IMG/VR virus record: IMGVR_UViG_3300044724_009130
Location: 1 to 28,295 of that record
Length of the DNA stretch: 28,295 nt
Strand: one strand, 5' to 3'
From: a virus
Lineage: Duplodnaviria > Caudoviricetes
In this document: positions 18,462-25,174 of the stretch, piece after piece
Numbering within the stretch: position 1 is the stretch's first letter
Layout: each line of letters begins with the position of its first letter
The notes under the pieces: generated by a model
What the model was told of the DNA's origin: nothing
Seen by the model: the letters and a program-made list of their open reading frames with translations, nothing else
Databases searched by the model: none
Translations under genes and position numbers: made by a program

Positions 18462-19594
18462 TTATCTAATACCTTTAATAGAATTGTGTCTGAGTTTAAT
18501 CTACCATTTGGGACGGTTGTCTTAGTGGTAAGCTTCTTCCATTCGGTATCGATTTGCTTAACGGTCTTAGTTAGAACACCTGGTAAAAATTCATCAGGCT
18601 TACGTAATCTAACTGTTCGACTATTCACAGTATCGATATTCTTAATTGTAGTACCAGAAATTTCGAATCCGCCAACACTTTGTGTAATGTATTCGGTAAG
18701 CATCCTGGATTTTGTATGAAAGGTATACAATCTTGTCTTACCAATAATTTGTATGGGACTAATTGAAACCAATTTAAAATTAGCATCTTCAGATTTGTAT
18801 TGTACCTTTGAAACTTGTTTGTCTGCTGCCTTAGGCTGTTTGACTTTCGTCTTACGTTGTGCCTTGGCAGCAGACTTAATCCTATCAAGATCGAGGAGCA
18901 TTTCTTGACAGGCTTTAATGCGGTGATTGAGTTCAGGTCTTTTCAAATGTGAATAACCCTCGACGGCATCATCACAACGCTTATGATAAGCATCTTCATA
19001 ATCTACCAACCATCCCTCAACCACCTGGCGGACTGGCAATGTTGCCGATCCAGCCAAACCGTGTTTCTTAAATAAACTATAAATGTCAATAGTAGCTTTT
19101 TCGCCTTCTATCCACTGATCTTCTAATTCTAATAGATCCTGCATGATAGTATTACTAATCTTATTCTTAAGCCTTTCCATAGGTGAAATACTAGGACGTG
19201 CATCAGAATCGTTCTTTTTAATTAATTTTTGCTGATATATTTCCTTACCAAGAACAATCATTTCTGAAGCCCATTTGGATAGACCTGATGAATAAGCCTT
19301 AGACCTATCATCGTCATTCTTCCTCGGAGCATGTGTCAGCCAAAAGGCTGTTGCTGCACGTGAAGGATGTGAATAGAAATGATATTCAGGACAAGACATA
19401 ATATACTGTAGGTTAACAGATTTCTTATGTTTTTCCTTAAGGTAACCTTTCAATATCTTAGATATATCAGAATTTGACATTTCAGTTTGAAAATAATAGA
19501 GAACCTGACCGAAGCCTTTTTCAATTGGTACAGCGCTTAGCCCGAAACGGCGACGTGTTGGTACCACTTTCTTTTGCTTTTTTCTAATAGCCAT
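18458..19594 (-). CDS. Hypothetical protein (378 aa, basic)
   Basis: Long ORF with GAGGAG SD and its own early promoter; ATGA-type overlap with gp33. Confidence 0.8.
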   Translation of the reverse strand: MAIRKKQKKVVPTRRRFGLSAVPIEKGFGQVLYYFQTEMSNSDISKILKGYLKEKHKKSVNLQYIMSCPEYHFYSHPSRAATAFWLTHAPRKNDDDRSKAYSSGLSKWASEMIVLGKEIYQQKLIKKNDSDARPSISPMERLKNKISNTIMQDLLELEDQWIEGEKATIDIYSLFKKHGLAGSATLPVRQVVEGWLVDYEDAYHKRCDDAVEGYSHLKRPELNHRIKACQEMLLDLDRIKSAAKAQRKTKVKQPKAADKQVSKVQYKSEDANFKLVSISPIQIIGKTRLYTFHTKSRMLTEYITQSVGGFEISGTTIKNIDTVNSRTVRLRKPDEFLPGVLTKTVKQIDTEWKKLTTKTTVPNGRLNSDTILLKVLDK

Positions 19595-19630
19595 AATATT
19601 TGCTCCTCAACAAAATTTTATTATGTAAGT

Positions 19631-19664
19631 ATTCTATCATAGATTTATTGGAATGTAAATCCCC
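19631..19664 (-). promoter_or_regulatory. Early promoter (repeat family)
   Basis: GGGGATTTACA-N17-TAGAAT with extended -10 TG. Confidence 0.8.
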
Positions 19665-19669
19665 TATTT

Positions 19670-20029
19670 TCATCCACGCCTCATTTTTGCGTATATTTCT
19701 GGGTTATCTCCTCGACCGACCGGTACTGTGTTTGACTTGTGAAGAGTGGCAAGTCCGATGATGTATTCTCCTGAATACGTATTAGATTTATTTTTTCCTG
19801 CGATGCGTGTAATGACGTCCGACGTCTTGATGCCGCTACGTGTTTCTGCATAATCCGGAATACTCGCGCCACTTGATTTCTCCTTAGTTTTCAATTGATC
19901 AGGATGTACACCCATTTTCCGAAGCCACTTGTTATGCTCTTCAAGAGCTTTTTTAATCCCAGGTGCATTTTTATGTTTACGCTTTTTAGTATTAAGACTA
20001 GTCATACCACGTACAAGATGCATACTCAT
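19670..20029 (-). CDS. Conserved T4-like hypothetical protein
   Basis: C-terminal YSGEYIIGLATLHKSNTVPV...AKMRR motif, recognisable from T4-like phage hypotheticals. Confidence 0.75.
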   Translation of the reverse strand: MSMHLVRGMTSLNTKKRKHKNAPGIKKALEEHNKWLRKMGVHPDQLKTKEKSSGASIPDYAETRSGIKTSDVITRIAGKNKSNTYSGEYIIGLATLHKSNTVPVGRGDNPEIYAKMRRG

Positions 20030-20319
20030 CTACCACATTCCCTTTCCCATTCTTGGTACCAAGATTCTGCAGAGCCTTTAATCATATTGGTATAGACCAT
20101 TGCATAACCAGTACCAGCTTTAAGATCTTTTTTACGTATTTTATATTTGTGGGGATGCTTGATATCATCCCAATTTTCTAGCATTCGCTTGCACAAAAGA
20201 TCAAAGTCGCCGTCTGTAAGAACAACTTTATTTTGTTCATAATAAAGATATGATGACATACAAAAGAATGGCACAAGACGATGGATACTAATATCTTCTA
20301 TATTAGGGTATACAGACAT
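20026..20319 (-). CDS. Stand-alone protein resembling NAD-dependent DNA ligase domain Ia (start revised to 20319)
   Basis: SSYLYYEQNKVVLTDGDFDLL matches the LigA pattern YxYY...(I/L)(S/T/P)DxE(Y/F)DxL. The GGGG SD precedes ATG 20319. Confidence 0.6.
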   Translation of the reverse strand: MSVYPNIEDISIHRLVPFFCMSSYLYYEQNKVVLTDGDFDLLCKRMLENWDDIKHPHKYKIRKKDLKAGTGYAMVYTNMIKGSAESWYQEWERECGR

Positions 20320-20320
20320 A

Positions 20321-20572
20321 TTAACCCCAATCGGATTCGTACGACGCCTGCTCGCGCGCGCGATCCCCATAGTGTTCGTCTAGATACTTTGGAGCATCTG
20401 TCCAAGCATTGATGTTGACTGAATCGTCACCACGATCTTCTTTAGCGGTAACTGAATAATCCCGGACTTTAAAGTTACGCTGCATTTTAGCATTGAACTT
20501 TTTGCTGGCTTTGCGAATAGCTTCCAGACGCTGTTCCTGGGACATATTTTTAGTAATAATAATTTTAGACAT
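20321..20572 (-). CDS. Small early hypothetical protein (start revised to 20572)
   Basis: GAGGAG SD ahead of MSKIII; first gene after an early promoter. Confidence 0.75.
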   Translation of the reverse strand: MSKIIITKNMSQEQRLEAIRKASKKFNAKMQRNFKVRDYSVTAKEDRGDDSVNINAWTDAPKYLDEHYGDRAREQASYESDWG

Positions 20573-20602
20573 TTGGATCTCCTCTTTCCAATTATTCATA
20601 CT

Positions 20603-20636
20603 ATTCTACCATAGTTTTATCCAAATGTAAACCCCC
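20603..20636 (-). promoter_or_regulatory. Early promoter (repeat family)
   Basis: GGGGGTTTACA-N17-TAGAAT with extended -10 TG. Confidence 0.85.
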
Positions 20637-20645
20637 TAAATCAAT

Positions 20646-20909
20646 TTAATTTGAATAAATTTTATAAAGGTGATCTTCAAAGGCTTCTACTTTTTCAATC
20701 CGATTAGGCCAGAGGATATATTCTTTTTCAGGATTTTTCTTAAGATTACTGAGGAGAGGAATAATAGCATTATAAAGTTTATCCAGTTTATCTTGTGTTA
20801 CAGTAGCGGTACTAGCAACGCTTTCTACCTTTTGGGTAGCTTCCTGTACAGCTTGTAATTCAGATTCATCTACTGCTGTAAATCCGAAATCAAAAAAATC
20901 ATCAGACAT
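20646..20909 (-). CDS. Conserved hypothetical protein (DFGFTAVD...YILWPNR), start revised to 20909
   Basis: AGGAG SD 8 nt upstream of MSDDFFDFGF. Confidence 0.75.
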   Translation of the reverse strand: MSDDFFDFGFTAVDESELQAVQEATQKVESVASTATVTQDKLDKLYNAIIPLLSNLKKNPEKEYILWPNRIEKVEAFEDHLYKIYSN

Positions 20910-21045
20910 GCCCATCTCTCCTTGCATTCATATATTGTACAAAGCAGACCCAAGTTAAAAAGGCCCAGAAAAAACTATGAATTAATCCCTGGCTTATTGG
21001 ATAAGCAAACATACCTACCATCACGTAATCATACCATTTTAACAT
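20902..21045 (-). CDS. Small membrane protein, 47 aa (not in ORF track)
   Basis: AGGAG SD; reads MLKWYDYVMVGMFAYPISQGLIHSFFWAFLTWVCFVQYMNARRDGHV; fills the gap between neighbours. Confidence 0.7.
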   Translation of the reverse strand: MLKWYDYVMVGMFAYPISQGLIHSFFWAFLTWVCFVQYMNARRDGHV

Positions 21046-21058
21046 TGGGTCTCCTAAA

Positions 21059-21394
21059 TTAGAATTTAACTGCAATACCTACAGTTGTATCTGTCTGTTT
21101 AAAATCTGCATCTAGATCATTTTCCATATAGACGTCAATGATAGGTGTTACAGAATAATTAAGATCAACATCTGCAGATGACATATTAAATTTCATATTG
21201 TCTGCAGTAGTATCTACCATATTTACTGTTGTGCTAAGGGTAAAATCACCTGACGTGATTGAAGGTCCAAAGAAGAGTTTATTAATTTCTGTGTCCAGAT
21301 TACGTTCAGCTCCAACTGTTGTTTCAATTGAAGATTCAGCGAATGCACTTGATGACATACCAAGCGCGAAGAGTGCAACCATTAGTTTTTTCAT
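21059..21394 (-). CDS. Secreted outer-membrane beta-strand protein
   Basis: Sec signal peptide MKKLMVALFALGMSSSAFA, alternating amphipathic strands, and a C-terminal Phe (VGIAVKF). Confidence 0.7.
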   Translation of the reverse strand: MKKLMVALFALGMSSSAFAESSIETTVGAERNLDTEINKLFFGPSITSGDFTLSTTVNMVDTTADNMKFNMSSADVDLNYSVTPIIDVYMENDLDADFKQTDTTVGIAVKF

Positions 21395-21421
21395 TTTTTT
21401 TATTCTTTTCCTATTTGTGTT

Positions 21422-21450
21422 AAAAAAGGATAGACCGACTGGTACTATCC
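21422..21450 (-). terminator. Intrinsic terminator-like hairpin after the tRNA cluster
   Basis: Minus strand reads GGATAG-T-ACC-AGTC-GGT-CTATCC-TTTTTT. Confidence 0.6.
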
Positions 21451-21458
21451 CTTATGGA

Positions 21459-21466
21459 TATTTATA
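21459..21466 (-). promoter_or_regulatory. T4-type late promoter TATAAATA
   Basis: Exact intergenic match upstream of the outer-membrane protein gene. Confidence 0.6.
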
Positions 21467-21482
21467 TTAAAATAATTTTAAA

Positions 21483-21556
21483 TGGAGCGGGTAACCGGAA
21501 TCGAACCGATGTCTTTGGCTTGGAAGGCGATTGTAATACCATTATACTATACCCGC
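21483..21556 (-). tRNA. trnG: tRNA-Gly(TCC) with imperfect anticodon stem
   Basis: GCGGGTA...CTTCCAA...GGTTCGATTCC...TACCCGC-TCCA, with encoded CCA. Confidence 0.85.
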
Positions 21557-21608
21557 AGGGTGTGGGGCTAACCGTTGGCCCCACGCGGATGTATTAAGGC
21601 ATCACCCT
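21557..21608 (-). ncRNA. Candidate three-way-junction RNA abutting the tRNA-Gly 5' end
   Basis: AGGGT/ACCCT closes the hairpins GATG/CATC and GTGGGGCCAA/TTAGCCCCAC; GC-rich in an AT-rich genome. Confidence 0.55.
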
Positions 21609-21614
21609 TAAATT

Positions 21615-21745
21615 TGGCAGAGCCAACTTATAAATGTTGGATGCGATTGCGTTCCTTTCTTATGAGGGCGAACGGACCATTCCCACCTGTGTCTTTATTT
21701 TAGAGTCGTTACAGGCTTAACCGCGTTTATACTCGCTCGACTAAC
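21615..21745 (-). ncRNA. Candidate ~130-nt structured RNA ending in CCA
   Basis: Stems AGTCG/CGACT, CCTGT/ACAGG, CGTTC/GAACG and CCAAC/GTTGG, followed by CTCTGCCA; no credible ORF. Confidence 0.45.
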
Positions 21746-21751
21746 TATATA

Positions 21752-21836
21752 TGGTACCCACGGCCAGACTCGAACTGGCACGCCGTATGGCCACGGATTT
21801 TAAGTCCGTTATGTCTACCTATTCCATCACGCGGGC
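21752..21836 (-). tRNA. trnL: tRNA-Leu(TAA)
   Basis: 85-nt cloverleaf with ACGGA-CTTAAAA-TCCGT anticodon arm, long variable arm and CCA end. Confidence 0.95.
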
Positions 21837-21839
21837 ATT

Positions 21840-21916
21840 TGGCGATTCCGGAAGGATTCGAACCCTCGACCCACAGCTTAGAAGGCTGTTGCTCTATCCA
21901 GCTGAGCTACGGAACC
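21840..21916 (-). tRNA. trnR: tRNA-Arg(TCT)
   Basis: 77-nt cloverleaf with ACAGC-CTTCTAA-GCTGT anticodon arm, GGTTCGAATCC and CCA end. Confidence 0.96.
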
Positions 21917-22098
21917 ATATTCATAAAGATAATTATAACTCCTAATATCATTGTAATCCATAATGCATTTCGAAACATAAAGCCAACAATAGCGAAAAAA
22001 GAACCTACAAGAAGCGCGCCAATTACTACTAGTAAGAGGAGCTGACCGAGTAAAGGCAGCGCTTCTTGTAACTCTGCAGGTGTCATTACCACACCCAC
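21907..22098 (-). CDS. Small two-helix membrane protein (start may be a few codons downstream)
   Basis: Highly hydrophobic; its stop codon lies inside tRNA-Arg. Confidence 0.65.
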   Translation of the reverse strand: MGVVMTPAELQEALPLLGQLLLLVVIGALLVGSFFAIVGFMFRNALWITMILGVIIIFMNMVP

Positions 22099-22328
22099 TC
22101 TACTTCAATACCAAATTCTTTTTCACCTTCATAACAATCAGTTGTACTATTATATCCACTATTATAATAAGTTGACATGTTAATAACTTTTTTACCACTG
22201 GATTTATAATCTTCTCTTAACATATCAAACATTTCTGATAAACCGTCTGCATCCTCACCATCATATCCAGTAATAGGATGGGTAGTAAACATTGAACCAA
22301 ACATTTCTGTAGTTTTACATTTAGCCAT
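22086..22328 (-). CDS. Hypothetical protein
   Basis: GGAGG SD; TAATG coupling to the upstream gene. Confidence 0.7.
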   Translation of the reverse strand: MAKCKTTEMFGSMFTTHPITGYDGEDADGLSEMFDMLREDYKSSGKKVINMSTYYNSGYNSTTDCYEGEKEFGIEVEWVW

Positions 22329-22636
22329 TATGCCACCTCCACTTCACACATCCGATCGATATGACGCTGGATCCTTTCATCGGTCCAGTTTTGGAAGTCC
22401 AAAGACCGAGCGTACGATTTGCTAGTACGATCGGCGGTAAGGTAGTAAGCTGACTCTACCAGCTCCTGACGAATATACTCGCGAAGAGTACCAGAAGGAA
22501 CACGCTCACTCCAGTACTGAACTTCAGTAGGGCAAGGCAACATACCCATCCAGCAACCAGGTTGCTTAGAGAACTCTTCAGCCTCTTTACGCTGAGCGTT
22601 GATATTATCGATAAGTGCGGTTTCCATTTTGTACAT
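22328..22636 (-). CDS. Early hypothetical protein (start revised to 22636)
   Basis: AGGAAGAGGAG SD ahead of MYKMETAL; first gene after an early promoter. Confidence 0.75.
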   Translation of the reverse strand: MYKMETALIDNINAQRKEAEEFSKQPGCWMGMLPCPTEVQYWSERVPSGTLREYIRQELVESAYYLTADRTSKSYARSLDFQNWTDERIQRHIDRMCEVEVA

Positions 22637-22667
22637 AATTAAGCTCCTCTTCCTAATTGTTATATAC

Positions 22668-22701
22668 ATTATACCATACTAATTTAGGTTTGTAAACCCC
22701 C
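22668..22701 (-). promoter_or_regulatory. Early promoter (repeat family)
   Basis: GGGGGTTTACA-N17-TATAAT with extended -10 TG and an A-tract UP element. Confidence 0.88.
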
Positions 22702-22716
22702 TTTTTTCATTTTATT

Positions 22717-22971
22717 TCAAAAAACCTTTGCTTCTGCAGGATTATCTGGCCATTCTTCGAAAAGCTCTTTTAGATCTTGGTAACCGCCAATATGGTTCCC
22801 GCTATCATCAAAGATCTGCGGTACAGTCTTAAAATTATGTTCTTTGAATAAAGAAACAGCATGATCATTACCAGGTACCTTTACCTCTTCATAAGGCATT
22901 TTCCTACTATCTAAAAGTTCCATTGCGGCATCACAAAAGATACATCCGGATTTTGAATAAATTATATACAA
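22717..22971 (-). CDS. Glutaredoxin (NrdC/NrdH-like)
   Basis: CIFC active site, TVPQIF and IGGY motifs. Confidence 0.93.
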   Translation of the reverse strand: MYIIYSKSGCIFCDAAMELLDSRKMPYEEVKVPGNDHAVSLFKEHNFKTVPQIFDDSGNHIGGYQDLKELFEEWPDNPAEAKVF

Positions 22972-23105
22972 GATGAGTTTCCCTTTTTGTCTTTTTGCAC
23001 TTCGACATCAAGTGCTTCTCTTAATTCACCAATCCTACGATATGCTAATTGAAGCTGTTTTTGCAAGTCGTATACATTTTTCTTTAAAATATCTACTTCA
23101 GACAT
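22962..23105 (-). CDS. Small coiled-coil protein, 47 aa (not in ORF track)
   Basis: Reads MSEVDILKKNVYDLQKQLQLAYRRIGELREALDVEVQKDKKGNSSCI; fills the gap and overlaps both neighbours. Confidence 0.6.
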   Translation of the reverse strand: MSEVDILKKNVYDLQKQLQLAYRRIGELREALDVEVQKDKKGNSSCI

Positions 23106-23491
23106 TTCATATTTTTCTTGTTCCATTCTATTAACATTACCTCTTGTAATTCATAGGCTTCAATTTCCCATGGCAGTTTCATATATTCGTCATATGTCTT
23201 ATAACTAGCGTTATTAATATTCTCATATTGTTTTCTTACACCCTGTCTTACATGTATCATTTCATGGAAGACTGTTGTAATTAAAATATCACCTTTTAGT
23301 CTTTGATCAATTTCTATTTCATATTCTCTATTATCTAGCTCCAAACAATATCCGTGAGCATTCTTTAGTTTTTTAATATCGATAAAAACCTCACACTTAA
23401 TTATTCTTGGTATAAGATAGTTCCAGGCGAATGACGCAGCTCTATAGATTGTCTGTCGCTGTTTTGCTCTACCTCCCGTTACTAGAATCAT
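23093..23491 (-). CDS. Zincin-type metallopeptidase-like protein
   Basis: HEMIH (HExxH) and downstream PWEIEAY motif. Confidence 0.8.
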   Translation of the reverse strand: MILVTGGRAKQRQTIYRAASFAWNYLIPRIIKCEVFIDIKKLKNAHGYCLELDNREYEIEIDQRLKGDILITTVFHEMIHVRQGVRKQYENINNASYKTYDEYMKLPWEIEAYELQEVMLIEWNKKNMKCLK

Positions 23492-23669
23492 CGAATAAAG
23501 CCTCTACCTGTTTAATATGTTTACATTTACGATATGCAACACAATTACAGTCGAATCCATAATTATTCATTTCTACAAAATATTTATTACCCTTACTACC
23601 AGTCACTGGCCATTCTAAACCAATAGCCCAGTGACCTTTAGTATTTACAATTTCGGATGGGTGGCTCAT
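23469..23669 (-). CDS. SWIM zinc-finger protein
   Basis: GSKGNKYFV...CNC...CKH (CxC-x-CxH). Confidence 0.8.
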   Translation of the reverse strand: MSHPSEIVNTKGHWAIGLEWPVTGSKGNKYFVEMNNYGFDCNCVAYRKCKHIKQVEALFDDSSNGR

Positions 23670-23839
23670 GCTGCAATCTCACGATCATACGATTCAATCA
23701 TAACCAAAGAAAGCAAACCATTTAGTTTGCGCCTTTCGTCTGACGTCAAGCGAGAGATCTGATCTCTAATATTATAATCAGATTGATCTTTAGCAATGCT
23801 AGTAAGAACAGATTCTAGTACTGAATAATGATATTCCAT
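23666..23839 (-). CDS. Small early protein, 57 aa (not in ORF track)
   Basis: AGGAAGAGGAG SD; reads MEYHYSVLESVLTSIAKDQSDYNIRDQISRLTSDERRKLNGLLSLVMIESYDREIAA; ATGA overlap with the SWIM gene. Confidence 0.75.
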   Translation of the reverse strand: MEYHYSVLESVLTSIAKDQSDYNIRDQISRLTSDERRKLNGLLSLVMIESYDREIAA

Positions 23840-23870
23840 GATTTAACTCCTCTTCCTAATTATTGATATT

Positions 23871-23903
23871 ATTATATCATAGCTTTGGAAGATTGTAAAC
23901 CCC
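23871..23903 (-). promoter_or_regulatory. Early promoter (repeat family)
   Basis: GGGGTTTACA-N17-TATAAT with extended -10 TG. Confidence 0.88.
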
Positions 23904-23913
23904 TAAAATTCAA

Positions 23914-24531
23914 TTAATCTCTTTTTTTAGAATATACTTCAGCACGTACATTATCACCTATTTTAATCTTAAATTCGTCATGTACATGGTGTAAGATGAA
24001 TTCAGTATTACCAAATTCCTTAAACATTTCTGTCCATATTGTTCTCCAATTATTAGCTAATCGATTTGTATTCATATTACCCCGATCGGAGTTAAGGATA
24101 AAGTCTGATACACTTCTTAAGTTAAAATCGAAGATAGAATCGAATCCATATAGGTGTACTCTATCAGCTTTTAGTTTGTTTGCAGCATAATGAACAGCCA
24201 TATGACCACAATTTAAATTGGTATAATTACCAGCATATTTAGGTAGTTCTGTATAAAATTCTTTAATTTGATTAGCAGTTGCTACATGAAAATTTGGATT
24301 CTTTTCCATCCATACCTTAGGTCTATATCCTAATACCCATTCACCAGGAACTACCACCGACCCTTCGGTCATTGCTTTCATCATCTTAAAATCTACAATA
24401 CATGTAGCATAATGGTTTTTGGGATACGGAAATGGTGCAAGATTACATGTAAGATTTAAACCTTTTCTTTCTCTTCTGGTATAAAGATGAACCCAATCAC
24501 CATTGCCAATTACATGAACAGTTCTAGCCAT
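23914..24531 (-). CDS. Putative glycosyltransferase-like protein (sialyltransferase/DUF115-like Rossmann motifs)
   Basis: VHVIGNG at the N-terminus, NCGHMAV, and VHLYGFDS; lies within the glyco cluster. Confidence 0.5.
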   Translation of the reverse strand: MARTVHVIGNGDWVHLYTRRERKGLNLTCNLAPFPYPKNHYATCIVDFKMMKAMTEGSVVVPGEWVLGYRPKVWMEKNPNFHVATANQIKEFYTELPKYAGNYTNLNCGHMAVHYAANKLKADRVHLYGFDSIFDFNLRSVSDFILNSDRGNMNTNRLANNWRTIWTEMFKEFGNTEFILHHVHDEFKIKIGDNVRAEVYSKKRD

Positions 24532-25174
24532 TCATTAAACTCCTAATCTTATCTTTACCTTTATTACCAGTCCAATGTATAATCTTTTTCTTTGAACTGT
24601 CAAAACCATCATCCAAATGAATACGTAACCAATTATATTCTATTGGCATGTCTTCTATGTATGTTAACCTAGAAAGAGGATTTAACATGCTGTGAAGTAC
24701 TTCCTGATCACCTACTGTCTGGCCAGCTTTCACTTGTTCTAACCATGCTCTTAATATCTGGGGCTTATCTCTAAATCCTACTACACCAGAATTATGCCAA
24801 ATTTCTTTTCTTCTCTTAGTCCATGGTTTATCTTCAGCCATTAATAGCTTTTCATTTTTAATTAATTTAAAAATACCAGATATATCGCCCAATATTTCGC
24901 AATCAGTATCAATCCAAACAGTTTCGATTGAAGGACATGTCATCATTGCTAATGGTTTCATAAACCAACCTTTAAGACTATTATTCTTAAAGTTTAGGAT
25001 TGCATGGAATTGTTCAAATACATAATTCTGCATCTTTTCACTACAACCGAAATTGGCAAAGATAAGAGGAGTGTCATTATACTTCTTATAGTTTTCTACA
25101 AACCATGGAAGCATCCATTCAGTCTTTTCATCGCATCCTGTTAGGAATACTTTATCATACTTTTTCGATGACAT
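24524..25174 (-). CDS. GT-A fold glycosyltransferase (GT8/nucleotide-diphospho-sugar transferase-like); start probably 25174
   Basis: WFMKP, WIDTDCE (DxD), HNSGVV, GDQEVL, YNW and IIHWTG motifs. Confidence 0.8.
   Translation of the reverse strand: MSSKKYDKVFLTGCDEKTEWMLPWFVENYKKYNDTPLIFANFGCSEKMQNYVFEQFHAILNFKNNSLKGWFMKPLAMMTCPSIETVWIDTDCEILGDISGIFKLIKNEKLLMAEDKPWTKRRKEIWHNSGVVGFRDKPQILRAWLEQVKAGQTVGDQEVLHSMLNPLSRLTYIEDMPIEYNWLRIHLDDGFDSSKKKIIHWTGNKGKDKIRSLMNG

Noticed and set aside
20351-20363. CTCGCGCGCGCGA alternating GC run
   Set aside because: It lies within a coding region (codons for DRARE) and is too short to support a separate function.
21585-21605. Similarity of TGCCTTAATACAT to 16S rRNA TGCCTAATACAT
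   Set aside because: The match is too short and imperfect, and the flanks are unrelated to rRNA.
21557-21751. tmRNA or a fourth tRNA in the tRNA spacer
   Set aside because: There is no TTCG(A) T-loop, no tmRNA acceptor ends and no ANDN/ANDE-type tag frame.
21751-22045. Plus-strand ORFs 21751-21945 and 21839-22045
   Set aside because: They are antisense translations of the tRNA genes.
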